A DNA stretch of 64,000 nucleotides from assembly GCA_965248355.1 (NCBI GenBank), contig OZ252098.1, positions 992,001 to 1,056,000 of the forward strand, in the 5' to 3' direction. Positions within the stretch are counted from its first letter, which is position 1. The number at the start of each line of letters is the position of its first letter. The translations under genes were made by a program, and so were the position numbers. The stretch is from Candidatus Latescibacterota bacterium. Lineage in GTDB: Bacteria; Latescibacterota; UBA2968; UBA8231. This document shows positions 8,615-19,187 of this stretch, one piece after another. The notes beneath the pieces were generated by a model. It saw only the letters and a list, made by a program, of their open reading frames with translations. It was not told where the DNA came from and ran no database searches.

Positions 8615-9674
8615 CCACGTCGCGTCTCCTGGCCTCCCACGGGCCGGAGAGTCGGCGCTGCGCTACGCCGCCGCCGCCTGCCAAGTCGATCAGCCCAACC
8701 CGACGGACCGCGCCGGCATCGCCGCCAACACCGCCCGCATGCTCGAGATGGTCGACATGGCCGTGGAGGGGTACAGCCCCTTCTGGGATATACGGCTCCT
8801 CGCCTTCCCCGAGTTCGCACACGCCGCGCCGATCTATCCCACGGCCCGCGCCCTGCACCGCCAACTCGCCTTGCCCATCCCCAACGAGCACACCGAGCGC
8901 TACCTCGCCAAGGCGCGGGAACTCGGAGTCTACATCCAGACCGGATCCTTCCTCGAACAGGACGACCGCTGGCCGGGAAAGGTCTTCAACACCACCTGCC
9001 TCGTGGGGCCGGAGGGGATCCTGCTGAAGTACCGCAAGGTGAACCCGTGGCTCCCCTGGGAAGTACACACCAGTCCCCACGACCTGGAGGGTTACGAAGA
9101 GGAGCTCTTCCCGGTTGCGCGCACGCCCATCGGCAACATCGGAGTCGCCATCTGCTACGATTGGCTGTTCCCCGAACCTCTCCGGCAACTCACCGCCAAC
9201 GGGGCCGAAGTCCTGATCCGCGTCTCCGCCTACATGGATCCCTGGGGCGCTACCCAGCCCATGGACTGGTGGACCACCGTCAACCGCTGCCGGGCCCTGG
9301 AGAACACGGCCTGTGTGGTCGCTGCCAACCAGGGCGCCTCGTTGTCCCACTACCCCCCCTTTTCATGGCCCGGGGGCAGCATGGTCGTCGACTACGATGG
9401 CCGGATCCTGGCTCAGGCCGACCCCGGCCCCGGGGAGAAGATCGTGGTTGCATCCCTCGACATAGGTACCCTGCGCCACGAGCGAGACCGGCGGCGCGGC
9501 CATGACATGCTCGCCCACTTGCGCACCGAGGCCTACCCGTTGTATCGAGACTCGGTCTATCCCCCGGGCCGCGGGAATGGGTGGCGGAATCACACCTCGG
9601 CGGACAACGAAGAGGGAATCGACCAGGCGAGACACCGCCTGGCGGTTCTCGGGGCCCGTTCCCCTGGCGAATAG
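8607..9674 (+). CDS. Carbon-nitrogen hydrolase (nitrilase/amidase family)
   Basis: E-K-C triad motifs FPEF, YRKVNP, ICYD. Confidence 0.9.
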   Translation: MADHVASPGLPRAGESALRYAAAACQVDQPNPTDRAGIAANTARMLEMVDMAVEGYSPFWDIRLLAFPEFAHAAPIYPTARALHRQLALPIPNEHTERYLAKARELGVYIQTGSFLEQDDRWPGKVFNTTCLVGPEGILLKYRKVNPWLPWEVHTSPHDLEGYEEELFPVARTPIGNIGVAICYDWLFPEPLRQLTANGAEVLIRVSAYMDPWGATQPMDWWTTVNRCRALENTACVVAANQGASLSHYPPFSWPGGSMVVDYDGRILAQADPGPGEKIVVASLDIGTLRHERDRRRGHDMLAHLRTEAYPLYRDSVYPPGRGNGWRNHTSADNEEGIDQARHRLAVLGARSPGE

Positions 9675-9736
9675 GCGCGTGATGGGAGCGTCCGCCCTGA
9701 GGTCGCGCCATTCCTGAGCGGACCCGCCGCCGGGCG

Positions 9737-10450
9737 GTGAAGCGGTATTCTCACAAGCAGATCGCCCGGACCCTGGCCAAGTACGATATCGTGGAGGAGG
9801 AGGTCCTCCTCGGCCCGGGTCCGCGGTTGCGGATGGTGCAGACCGCCGACGCCTACGTCCTCCTGGACGACCTGATCGACCGTGACGCGGCGGACTTGCC
9901 CTCGACCCGGTTCCCCTATTGGGCGGAAATCTGGCCGTCCGCCGTCGGGTTGGCGCGCTGGTTCTCGGGGCCGGATGCGCCCATGGCGGATCTGGCCTGT
10001 GAGCTGGGTTGCGGAACCGGGTTGGTAGGCGTCGCCCTGGCTCGCATGGGGTGGAGGGTGCACGCCACCGACTACGTGGAGGACGCCCTCGTTTTCGCCA
10101 CCCACAACGCCCGTCGAAACGGGGCCTGCAGCCGCCACCGGGTCGGCTACCTCGACTGGAGACACCCCGTCGGTTCTGCCTACCCGGTCCTGGTGGGCTC
10201 GGATGTGGCCTACGAGAAGAGCCTGCACCCTTCTCTCGAGCGAACGATCCATGCCCTGCTCGAGCCGGGCGGACGGCTCGTCCTCAGCGATCCCGGTCGT
10301 CCGGCGGCTCAGCCTTTCTTCGCAGCGCTGGAGGGCGCCGGGTTCCGGCATCGGCAGCACTCGACGAGCATAGCCTGGAAGGCCCGGCCGCACTCCATCG
10401 ATATCCACATCTTCCTTCGGCCGGAAACGGGTCAGCCGCAAAGAACCTGA
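9737..10450 (+). CDS. Class I SAM-dependent methyltransferase (lysine methyltransferase-like family 16)
   Basis: FPYWAEIWPSA, ELGCGTG, TDY, GSDVAYE, SDPGR. Confidence 0.82.
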   Translation: MKRYSHKQIARTLAKYDIVEEEVLLGPGPRLRMVQTADAYVLLDDLIDRDAADLPSTRFPYWAEIWPSAVGLARWFSGPDAPMADLACELGCGTGLVGVALARMGWRVHATDYVEDALVFATHNARRNGACSRHRVGYLDWRHPVGSAYPVLVGSDVAYEKSLHPSLERTIHALLEPGGRLVLSDPGRPAAQPFFAALEGAGFRHRQHSTSIAWKARPHSIDIHIFLRPETGQPQRT

Positions 10451-11367
10451 AGATGGGCCGCCACCGAGGAGGCCGTGGCCTCCAGGTCGTAGCCGCCTTC
10501 CAGGAGGCTCGCGAGCCGGCCCTGGCACAGGTCCCGGGCCAGGGCCGTGCACTCCTCGGTGAGTCCTGCGAAGCCCTCCGCGGTCAGGAGCATCCCCCCC
10601 AGCGGGTCGGCGGCATGGGCGTCGAAACCGGCTGACAGAAGCAGGAATCCCGGTTCGAAGCGCTCCAGGGCCGGGCGCAACTGCTGCTGGAAGATCTGAC
10701 GGTACTCCTCGTCTCCGGCGCCGGGCGGCAGCGGCACGTTCAGCGTGGTGCCCTCTCCCTCGGCCGCGCCGGTCTCCCCCGGATGTCCCGTGAAGGGGTA
10801 GTGATGCTGCTGGTGGACGCTGAAATAGAACACGGCGCCGTCTTCGTAGAAGCTGTTCTGCGAGCCGTTGCCGTGATGGACGTCCCAGTCGACGATGGCG
10901 ACGCGCTCGATGCTGTGCCGGGATCGCAGGTGGCGCGCGGCCACGGCGACGTGGTTGAAGAAGCAGAAGCCCATAGCCTGGTCGCGCTCCGCGTGGTGTC
11001 CGGGGGGGCGATGCAGGCTGAAGGCGTTGGTGGCGGCGCCCGACATGACCGCATCTGCCGCGGCCAGGCTGGCGCCGCTGGCCAGCAGGGCGGCGTCGAA
11101 GGTCTCGGGACCGATGACGGTGTCGGGGGTCGTGGCCAGGGAGCGTCCCGACCCCGAGGCCCGGCGGATGAATTCCACGTAGTCCGCCGAGTGATTGGCG
11201 ACCACGGCCTCTACCGGGGCCGGCCCCGGTCGGGAGCGAGTCAATCCGGGCAGCTCGACCGTCCCCAGTCTCTCCAGAACTGTTTCCAGCCGCTCCGGCC
11301 GCTCCGGGTGGCCGGTCCCCATCTCGTGCCGGAGACAGCCCTCGTGAGTGAGCAGGAGGGTGGCCAC
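10432..11367 (-). CDS. Histone deacetylase-family (acetoin utilization/acetylpolyamine) deacetylase
   Basis: HPERPER, RPPGHHA, GFCFFN, DWDVHHGNG, SAGFDAH..DPLG, LEGGY. Confidence 0.93.
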   Translation of the reverse strand: MATLLLTHEGCLRHEMGTGHPERPERLETVLERLGTVELPGLTRSRPGPAPVEAVVANHSADYVEFIRRASGSGRSLATTPDTVIGPETFDAALLASGASLAAADAVMSGAATNAFSLHRPPGHHAERDQAMGFCFFNHVAVAARHLRSRHSIERVAIVDWDVHHGNGSQNSFYEDGAVFYFSVHQQHHYPFTGHPGETGAAEGEGTTLNVPLPPGAGDEEYRQIFQQQLRPALERFEPGFLLLSAGFDAHAADPLGGMLLTAEGFAGLTEECTALARDLCQGRLASLLEGGYDLEATASSVAAHLQVLCG

Positions 11368-11370
11368 AAC

Positions 11371-11844
11371 TCAACCGGCGTTGGCGAGGTGGATCGCCCC
11401 GGATCCGAGGACCCGGATGTCCTCGGCGATGTCCGGCCTCTGCAGGTCCGAGATGGTGCACCAGCGGTATCGGCCCGCTTCGCGCGGGTCGATGCGGGGT
11501 TCGGCGTCATCCAGGGTCCGGGCGATGTAGATCAGGTCGATGTGCTGGTGCCCCGGTTCGATGTCCTCCAGAAGCACGCACCAGGGTGAGTGCAGCACGC
11601 GGACCGTCCCCAGATGCCCGGCCGCGCGGCCCGTGTTGACCAACTCGACGGCCAATCCACATTCCTCGAGGACTTCGCGAAGGGCGGCCTCCTCGGGCAA
11701 CTCCCCGGAATCGATATGGCCACCGGGCGGAAGCCATGCTTTTATTTTATTGTGCCACAACAGAATAGTGCGATGACCACGAACCACGAAAGTAGTGGCC
11801 GTAAAGTCCCTCGTGAGCTCGTCCGCCAAGATGGAAGGTGGCAA
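11371..11844 (-). CDS. NUDIX hydrolase
   Basis: Nudix box GGHIDSGELPEEAALREVLEECGL; HQHIDLIY. Confidence 0.88.
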   Translation of the reverse strand: MPPSILADELTRDFTATTFVVRGHRTILLWHNKIKAWLPPGGHIDSGELPEEAALREVLEECGLAVELVNTGRAAGHLGTVRVLHSPWCVLLEDIEPGHQHIDLIYIARTLDDAEPRIDPREAGRYRWCTISDLQRPDIAEDIRVLGSGAIHLANAG

Positions 11845-12051
11845 TGCAATTCCGTGAGGGTGGGATGCCGGCCTGGAATCTACTTCCGTCCATCACGGTC
11901 GCAAGCGTCGAGTCCGCCCCCGGGAGGATGTCCGGGATCCGGACCACCTTACGGAGGACGGGCGGCTCCACTATTTTCAACGCAGCGAGGGACCGGGCGG
12001 GGTGTCCGGCCATCTCCGGAATCCACGGCAAGAGAGGCGTCACGGCAGCCT

Positions 12052-13257
12052 ATGGCAACGGAAGTGATCATGCCCAAGCTGGGCCTGACGATGGAGCGCG
12101 GCACCATCGGCAGCTGGCTCAAGGGGGTCGGGGACCGAGTGGAACGTGGAGAGCCGCTCCTCGAAGTCGTCACCGACAAGGTGACGATGGAGGTCGAGGC
12201 GCAGGCCTCCGGCGTGCTCCGGAGGATCCTCGTGGCCGAGGGAGAGGAGGTGGAGGTGGCGACCCCGATCGCCGTGATCGCGGGACCCGAGGAAGACCTC
12301 TCCGCCTTCGAGGCCGCACCGGAGTCCGTGGGCCAATCCAGACCGGATCCAGATCACGAGCCCCTCCCGGCGCGGGACTCGGGGAGCCCTACACCGGTGC
12401 CGGCGCAAATGACCCCGGTTGAGGGCGGCCGCCGACATCGATCCTCGCCCAAGGCCCGCAGACTGGCTGCCGAGAAGGGAATCGACGTGACGGCGATCAC
12501 CGGCAGCGGCCCTGGTGGACGCGTTGTCAGCGCCGATGTGGAGGCCCATCGGCCCGGGGCGCCGGCAGCGTCCCCGAGCCCCCAGGCAGGGGAGCCGGTG
12601 GAGCTGACCCACGCGCAGAGGGTGGCCGCCGAGCGTCTCACCGCCAGCTACCAGCAGGCCCCCCACATCTTTCTGGAGACTCAGGTTTCCGCCCTCTGGC
12701 TGGAGAGGTTGCGGAGCGGCTATCAGGCGGAGGGCAAGAGAATCTCCTACAACGATCTGATCCTCAAGGCGGCGGCCTCCGCCCTGGTCGAGCATCCCCG
12801 TCTCAACGCCCACTTCGTGGAGGGGCGGGTGCAGCAGCACGGCAGCGTCGATCTCGGCATCGCCACCGACACCGGGTCCGGGTTGCTGGTCCCGGTGCTG
12901 CGCGGCGCCCAGGATCTCGGCCTCCTGGAGATCGCCGCTGAGACCCGGCGCCTCACCGACGCCGCCCGGCGGGGGGGAATCGGCGTCGACGACCTGCAGG
13001 GCGGGACCTTCACCGTGTCCAATCTGGGGATGTTCGGTCTCTCCCGGTTCACGGCCATCATCAACCCGCCCCAGGTGGCCATTCTGGCCGTCGGCGCCAT
13101 CGAGCCGCGCGTCGTCGCCCTGGACGGCGAGGCCATGGCCGTTCGACCGGCCATGACCCTGACCCTGTCGGCCGATCACCGAGCCGTGGACGGCGCCATG
13201 GGTGCCCGCTTCCTCCGGCGCCTCCGGGAGCTCATCGAGTCCCCCGGCTCACCTTGA
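12052..13257 (+). CDS. 2-oxoacid dehydrogenase E2 (dihydrolipoamide acyltransferase)
   Basis: Lipoyl domain VTDKVTMEV, subunit-binding domain SPKARRLA..GSGPGGRV, catalytic DHRAVDG. Confidence 0.92.
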   Translation: MATEVIMPKLGLTMERGTIGSWLKGVGDRVERGEPLLEVVTDKVTMEVEAQASGVLRRILVAEGEEVEVATPIAVIAGPEEDLSAFEAAPESVGQSRPDPDHEPLPARDSGSPTPVPAQMTPVEGGRRHRSSPKARRLAAEKGIDVTAITGSGPGGRVVSADVEAHRPGAPAASPSPQAGEPVELTHAQRVAAERLTASYQQAPHIFLETQVSALWLERLRSGYQAEGKRISYNDLILKAAASALVEHPRLNAHFVEGRVQQHGSVDLGIATDTGSGLLVPVLRGAQDLGLLEIAAETRRLTDAARRGGIGVDDLQGGTFTVSNLGMFGLSRFTAIINPPQVAILAVGAIEPRVVALDGEAMAVRPAMTLTLSADHRAVDGAMGARFLRRLRELIESPGSP

Positions 13258-13362
13258 CCCGGATGGGGGCGGCCCGTTATCTTCGCCCTGGTCTTCATCT
13301 GAAATCTCTAACCGTTGCTTTTCCAATAGCTTAGCCACAATCCAGGGCACGCCGACAGACCC

Positions 13363-15303
13363 ATGCGACTCGACCGAAAGACCCAGCTGACCATCGCCTA
13401 CGCGATCCTCACCGTCCTTCTGCTGCTGGTGATGCAGTCCTACCTGAAGGGTCAGGTGGACACTGTGAAATACAGCGAGTTCCGCCAGTGGCTGGTGGAC
13501 GGTCGCATCGTGGAGTGTTCCATCGGAAGCGACGAGATCAGCGGCAGGTACTACTCCGGAACCGGGGACGAGATCCGCGGATTCACGGTGGCCAAGGTCG
13601 AAGACCCCGAGCTGGTGAAGCTGCTGCAGGAGCATGTGCCGGAGTATACGGGCAAGCGCGAGTCGGCCCTGATCAGCTCGCTCCTCGGCTGGGTCCTGCC
13701 GCTGTTGTTCTTCGTCGCCATCTGGATGTTCATGGCCCGGCGCCTTTCGGGCGGCTCCGGCGGATTGATGTCGATCGGCAAGAGCAAGGCCAAGGTCTAC
13801 ATGGAGAAGGGGACCGGGATCACCTTCGCCGATGTGGCCGGCATCGACGAGGCCAAGGAGGAGCTTCAGGAAGTCGTCGAGTTCCTCAGGACGCCGGAGC
13901 GCTTCCAGGCGCTGGGCGGAAAGATCCCCAGAGGGGTGTTGCTCGTGGGCTCGCCCGGGACCGGCAAGACCCTGCTGGCCAAGGCGGTCGCCGGAGAGGC
14001 CGGCGTGCCCTTCTTCTCCATCAGCGGCTCCAATTTCGTGGAGATGTTCGTCGGCGTCGGCGCCGCCCGGGTCCGGGACCTGTTCGAGCAGGCCAGCCGC
14101 CACGCCCCTGCGATCATTTTCATCGACGAGCTCGATGCCCTCGGCAAGGCCCGCGGCATAGGCTCCCTGGGCGGCCACGACGAGCGGGAGCAGACTCTCA
14201 ACCAGTTGCTCACCGAGCTCGACGGGTTCGATACGAATGCCGGCATCATCCTCATGGCGGCGACCAACCGCCCCGAGATTCTGGACCCGGCCCTGCTGCG
14301 TCCCGGCCGCTTCGACCGCACCGTCACCGTCGACCGTCCCGACGTCCGTGGCCGGGAGGCGATCCTGAGGATCCACGCCAGGGATGTGAAGCTGGCGGGG
14401 GATGTCGACCTGCATCAGATGGCCGTGCGCACGCCTGGATTCGCCGGCGCCGATCTGGCCAACGTGATCAACGAAGGCGCTCTGCTGGCGGCGCGGCGCA
14501 ACAAGGAATCGATCACCATGGAGGAGCTGTCGGAGGCCGTGGAGCGGGCCATTGCGGGGCTGGAGAGGAAGAGTCGCGTCCTCAACGAGAAGGAACGTCG
14601 AATCGTCGCCTACCACGAGGCCGGACACGCCATCGTGGGCGAGCTCGTCGACGAAGCGAATCCCGTTCAGAAGATCTCCATCATCCCGCGGGGGGTGGCC
14701 GCCCTCGGATACACACTCAACTCACCGGCCGAGGATCGCTATCTGGCCACGAAGGAGGAACTGCTGGCCCAGATCTGCGGACTGCTGGGAGGGCGCGCTG
14801 CCGAGGAAATCGTCTTTCGCGAGATCTCCACCGGGGCCTCCGGGGATCTGGCCCGAGCCACCCAGGTGGCCGAAAGCATGGTCAAGGAATACGGCATGAG
14901 CCGGTCCCTCGGCCTGGTGGCCCACCGGGAGCCGCGGAATCCGAATCAGGTCCTCGGCATGCCCAGCAGCGATCGCAACTACAGCGAGGAGACGGCGCGG
15001 CGGATCGACGAGGAGGTCGCGGCCATCATCGATGACGGCTATGGACGCGCCAAGGACCTTCTTGAGGACCACCGGGAGACGCTGGAGCGGGTCGTGCAAG
15101 TGCTCTTCGAGCGGGAGACCATGGAGGGTACCGAGCTGCGGCAGATACTTGGCAAGCCGCGGGACGTCCCGGAGGAGGAATCTGCCATGGCCGGGGACTC
15201 TCCGGCTCCCAATGGAGGACCTCTGCCTGCCCCCTCCCAGGCACCGTCCACCAAGGGGCCTCCACCGGGCCCGGTATCTCCCGCGGGCGGGGACCCCACC
15301 TGA
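13363..15303 (+). CDS. ftsH: ATP-dependent zinc metalloprotease FtsH
   Basis: Two TM helices, [41 protein letters not shown]. Confidence 0.96.
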   Translation: MRLDRKTQLTIAYAILTVLLLLVMQSYLKGQVDTVKYSEFRQWLVDGRIVECSIGSDEISGRYYSGTGDEIRGFTVAKVEDPELVKLLQEHVPEYTGKRESALISSLLGWVLPLLFFVAIWMFMARRLSGGSGGLMSIGKSKAKVYMEKGTGITFADVAGIDEAKEELQEVVEFLRTPERFQALGGKIPRGVLLVGSPGTGKTLLAKAVAGEAGVPFFSISGSNFVEMFVGVGAARVRDLFEQASRHAPAIIFIDELDALGKARGIGSLGGHDEREQTLNQLLTELDGFDTNAGIILMAATNRPEILDPALLRPGRFDRTVTVDRPDVRGREAILRIHARDVKLAGDVDLHQMAVRTPGFAGADLANVINEGALLAARRNKESITMEELSEAVERAIAGLERKSRVLNEKERRIVAYHEAGHAIVGELVDEANPVQKISIIPRGVAALGYTLNSPAEDRYLATKEELLAQICGLLGGRAAEEIVFREISTGASGDLARATQVAESMVKEYGMSRSLGLVAHREPRNPNQVLGMPSSDRNYSEETARRIDEEVAAIIDDGYGRAKDLLEDHRETLERVVQVLFERETMEGTELRQILGKPRDVPEEESAMAGDSPAPNGGPLPAPSQAPSTKGPPPGPVSPAGGDPT

Positions 15304-15347
15304 GCCTGTTCTGGGGAGGGCTCGGTCCGGCGGCTTCGTCCGGTCCT

Positions 15348-15818
15348 TCAACTCTCGGCAGCGATCACCTCGAGCTCTACCGGGGCACCCAGGGGCAGCG
15401 CGCCGACGCCGACGGCCACCCGGGCGTGGACCCCCGCTTCGCCCAGCACGGAGGCCATGAACTCGGAGGCCCCGTCGACGACCTGCGCCTGCCCCACGAA
15501 CCCGGCGGCGCTGGCCACGTACCCTGTCATCCGCACGATGCGGATCCGGTCGAGATCACAACCCTCGGCGGCGAACACGCCCAGGGCGTTCAGGGCACAC
15601 TGCCGGGCGGCCTCGCGGCCGGCCTCCACCGAGAGCCCCCCATCCCCGATCGCACCCTGGCAGATCAGGCGGCCCCCGCCGATCGGCAACTGACCGGAGA
15701 CGAAGATCAGACCCGCAGCCTGCACGGCCCGCCTGTAAGCCCCTGCGGGCGCCGGGGGCTCCGGCAGGACGAGCTCCATTTGTTCCAGTCGTCGACGGGC
15801 GTGGGGCATTCGATCCAT
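15348..15818 (-). CDS. RidA/YjgF family protein
   Basis: PAPAGAY, FVSGQLP, HARVAVGVGALPLGAPVELE. Confidence 0.88.
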   Translation of the reverse strand: MDRMPHARRRLEQMELVLPEPPAPAGAYRRAVQAAGLIFVSGQLPIGGGRLICQGAIGDGGLSVEAGREAARQCALNALGVFAAEGCDLDRIRIVRMTGYVASAAGFVGQAQVVDGASEFMASVLGEAGVHARVAVGVGALPLGAPVELEVIAAES

Positions 15819-15949
15819 ACCTCTCTCTTCGGGATGAACTCCGGGCAATATAGCGCCGAAGGGCGATCCCGTACCGGCCCAACCTCTGTGCGTTGACCAC
15901 CGTGGGCGCCATGGCTTAGGCTATGCGCCGGATACGGAAGGAGAAGGGC

Positions 15950-16714
15950 ATGTGCGCATCCCAAATCGGGGCTCAGCTCTACACCGTGCGCGACTTCCTG
16001 AAGACGCCGGACGGCATCCGGGACAGCTTCGGGCGAGTGGCGGAGATGGGGTACGAGGCCGTGCAGTGCTCGGGCCTCGGCCCGATCGATGCGGCGGAGC
16101 TGAGAGCCCTCGCCGACGAAGCCGGTCTGAAGATCGCGGCCACCCACATCGACTTCGACCGCATCCGCCGGGAGCCCCAGGCGGTGATCGAGGAGCACCA
16201 GCTCTGGGGTTGCCGCCACGTGGCCATCGGCGGCCTGCCCGGGGAGTACCGCCACGCCGAAGGATTTGCGCGTTTCGCCCGGGAGGCTTCAATCCTGGTG
16301 CGGCCGCTGATCGACGCCGGCCTGACCTTCAGCTACCACAACCACAGCTTCGAGCTCGAGCGTTTCGGGGAGCGGACGGGCCTGCAGATCCTGGCCGAGG
16401 AGAGCGACCCGGACACGTTTTCCTTCGAGGTCGACACCTACTGGATCCAGCACGGAGGCGGCAACCCGGTCACCTGGATCGAGCGCCTGAGGGACCGCAT
16501 GCACGTCGTTCACCTGAAGGATCTGGCCATGAAGGGCGGCGACCAGCGTTTCGCTGAAGTGGGAGAGGGCAATCTGGAATGGCCCGCCATCCTCGCCGCC
16601 TGCCGCGCCACCGCGATCCAGTGGTACCTGATCGAGCAGGACCGGTGCGACGGCAATCCCTTCGACAGCCTGAAGGTCAGCCTCGACAACCTGCGGGCCA
16701 TGGGCCTGCACTAG
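15950..16714 (+). CDS. Sugar phosphate isomerase/epimerase (xylose isomerase-like TIM barrel)
   Basis: GAQLYTVRD, YHNHSFE, EVDTYW, HLKD, EVGEG, IEQD. Confidence 0.88.
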   Translation: MCASQIGAQLYTVRDFLKTPDGIRDSFGRVAEMGYEAVQCSGLGPIDAAELRALADEAGLKIAATHIDFDRIRREPQAVIEEHQLWGCRHVAIGGLPGEYRHAEGFARFAREASILVRPLIDAGLTFSYHNHSFELERFGERTGLQILAEESDPDTFSFEVDTYWIQHGGGNPVTWIERLRDRMHVVHLKDLAMKGGDQRFAEVGEGNLEWPAILAACRATAIQWYLIEQDRCDGNPFDSLKVSLDNLRAMGLH

Positions 16715-17945
16715 TGGTCAATCCACTTAGAATTGCGGAACAAGAGTGGCAGCCGTATCCTTTTTCCCCATCCCCTTTGTTGGAAAAGGAGTACGGCGTT
16801 GCCCAAGAAGAGATACATCGTCACTCTCACAGCCGAGGAGCGCACCGGGTTGCGCGATCTGATCTCCAAGGGGAAAGCGGCGGCTTTCAAGCAGCGGCAT
16901 GCGCGCCTTCTCCTGAAGACGGATCAAGGACCGCAGGGAGAGGGCTGGACCGACGAACGGATCGGGCAGGCGCTCGAGGTCCATCCCAGCACGGTCGAGC
17001 GTCTGCGCAGGCGATTCGTCGAAGAAGGCCTGGAGGCCGCCCTGCAGCGCAAGGAGCAGAAGAATCGCCGGGCCAAGAAGATCGACGGGGAAGGCGAGGC
17101 TCGTCTCGTCGCGCTGGCCTGCAGTCCGCCGCCGGAGGGGAGAAAGGGCTGGACCCTCCGATTGCTGGCCGACCGCCTGGTGGCCTTGGAAGTGGTCGAC
17201 CGGGTCAGCCCGGAAACCGTCCGAAAGACACTAAAAAAAACGACTTGAAGCCCTGGCGGCAGGAAATGTGGTGCCTGCCGGGCGCCCCCAATGCCGCCTT
17301 CGTCTGTGCCATGGAGGATGTGCTGGATGTTTATACCCGGCCCTACGATCCCCAACATCCCACGGTCTGCCTGGACGAGACCAGCAAACAACTGGTGGGC
17401 GAGGTGCAGGCCCCTCGGCCGGCGATTCCGGGCCATCCGGCCCGGTATGATCATCATTATGTCCGCCAGGGCGTGGCCAACGTCTTCATGATGCTGGAAC
17501 CGCTCACCGGCCGCTGCCACGTCCAGGTCACGCAGCAGCGCACCAAGAAAGATTGGGCTCGGGTGATGAAAGACCTGGTCGACCGCTACTACCCGGAGGC
17601 CGAGCGCCTGACCTTGGTCATGGACAACCTGAGTTCGCACCAGAAGGCGGCGTTGTACGATGTCTTTGCGCCGGCCGAGGCCAAACGCATCGCCGACAAG
17701 ATCGACATTCATTTCACCCCGAAACGGGGCAGTTGGCTCAACATGGCCGAAATCGGGTTGAAGATGCTGTCCCGGCAGTGTCTGGACCGACGCATCGCAA
17801 CGATTCAGCAACTGAGCCAACAGGTCCAGGCTTGGCTGTCGCAACGCGAGAACAGCCAGGCCCCGGTCAAATGGCGATTCACCACCGAGAAGGCGCGCAT
17901 CAAGCTGCACCGCCTCTATCCAGCATTGTTACCTGGATGAACCAC
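16714..17945 (+). mobile_element. IS630-family insertion sequence with TA target duplication
   Basis: Flanked by TA (16712-13, 17946-47) in CTAG context; imperfect terminal IRs GTGGTCAATCCA / GTGGTTCATCCA; DDE transposase inside. Confidence 0.93.
16799..17940 (+). CDS. IS630 transposase, two ORFs joined by -1 frameshift at A8 (17233-17240)
   Basis: ORF1 16799-17248 HTH (WTDERIGQAL, WTLRLLADRL); ORF2 DETSKQ, DNLSSH, SWLNMAEI; CTAAAAAAAAC slippery site. Confidence 0.9.
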
Positions 17946-17949
17946 TAGA

Positions 17950-19155
17950 ATGCAATCGACGGCCGGGAAGCCGGTTTCCGAGCTGCAGGTCCCCTGGGCC
18001 GCCTGGTACCGCAAGGAGCCGCTGACTCTGAGCTTCCCGGAGGGCTGGGAGGTGACGGTACGCCGGATGCGAGGCGGCATGGACATCGGCGACGCCGGCA
18101 TCCGCGAGGCCCTGGCCGAGCCGATCGGGGCTCCCCCTCTGCGGGAGCACGCCAGGGGCCGGACCAGCGCCGCCATCCTGGTGGACGACCTCTCCCGTCC
18201 GACGCCCGCCTTTCGGGTGCTGCCCTACATCCTCGAAGAGCTGCACGCCGCGGGCCTCGAGGACGACGGCATCACCATCATCTGCGCCCTGGCCGCCCAC
18301 CGGCCCATGACCCGGGACGACTTCGTCAAGAAGCTCGGCGCCGAGATCGTCGAGCGCTATCGCGTGATCAACCACAACGCCTACGAGAACCTGGAGTTCC
18401 TGGGGTACACGAGTCTCGGCGTGCCGGTTTTCGTCAACCGCGATCTGATGGGCTGTCAGGTGCGCATCGCGTCGGGCATGATCACGCCCCGGGGGGGCAT
18501 GTTCGGCGGCGGCGCCAAGCTGCTGATCCCCGGCGCCTGCGGTCAGCAGACCATCCTTCTCAACCACCGGTACGTTCACGGCGAGGCCTTCAGGCCCCAT
18601 CTGGACGAGGTCGCGGCGATGGCCGGCCTCGACTATATCGTCAACCCGCTGCTGAACGAGCGCCTCGAGATCATGGGGCTCGTGGCCGGCGACGTGACCG
18701 CCGCTTTCGAGCGCGGCTGCCAGTTGGGTGCCGAGATGTACGGCACGCCCATGCCGGCGGCCGGCTCGGTGGACGTGGGCATCTTCAACGCCTTCCCGAA
18801 GGACACGGAGCTGTGTCAGGCAGGTCTGGCCCTGGTGCCCCTCGGCAGCTGCCCTCACGACCCGATGGCCGAGGGCGGCACCATCGTCATCGCCAGCGCC
18901 TGCCCCGAGGGGCTCGGCTGGCACTCCGTCCTCGGCCCGGGGACCGCACTGCGCGCCAGTCCGCAGCCTCCGCAGCACCGCACCTTGATGTTCTCCCCGG
19001 GGGTGAACCGGTACGACTGCCAGGCCCTGTACGGGGAGCACGTGAAGCTGTTCCGGAATTGGGAGGATCTCGTCGGCCAGCTGCAGGCGGTCCACGGCAA
19101 CAGCGCCCGGGTCTCGGTCTTCCCTTCCGGCGCCCTGCAGATGGCCGCCCCCTGA
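17950..19155 (+). CDS. LarA-like (nickel-pincer racemase/epimerase family) protein
   Basis: ALAEPIG, DDLSRPTP, ALAAHRPMT, GGGAKLLIPG, ILLNH. Confidence 0.8.
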   Translation: MQSTAGKPVSELQVPWAAWYRKEPLTLSFPEGWEVTVRRMRGGMDIGDAGIREALAEPIGAPPLREHARGRTSAAILVDDLSRPTPAFRVLPYILEELHAAGLEDDGITIICALAAHRPMTRDDFVKKLGAEIVERYRVINHNAYENLEFLGYTSLGVPVFVNRDLMGCQVRIASGMITPRGGMFGGGAKLLIPGACGQQTILLNHRYVHGEAFRPHLDEVAAMAGLDYIVNPLLNERLEIMGLVAGDVTAAFERGCQLGAEMYGTPMPAAGSVDVGIFNAFPKDTELCQAGLALVPLGSCPHDPMAEGGTIVIASACPEGLGWHSVLGPGTALRASPQPPQHRTLMFSPGVNRYDCQALYGEHVKLFRNWEDLVGQLQAVHGNSARVSVFPSGALQMAAP

Positions 19156-19187
19156 ACCACACCACAAGAAGGTCAGGAGCGTGTCGA

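Noticed and set aside
12052..13257. Orphan E2 as a novel complex
   Set aside because: Normal domain architecture; dispersed E1/E2/E3 genes are common.
17233..17248. Transposase as a frameshifted pseudogene
   Set aside because: An A-run split at this position is typical of programmed frameshifting in IS630 elements, and the catalytic motifs are intact.
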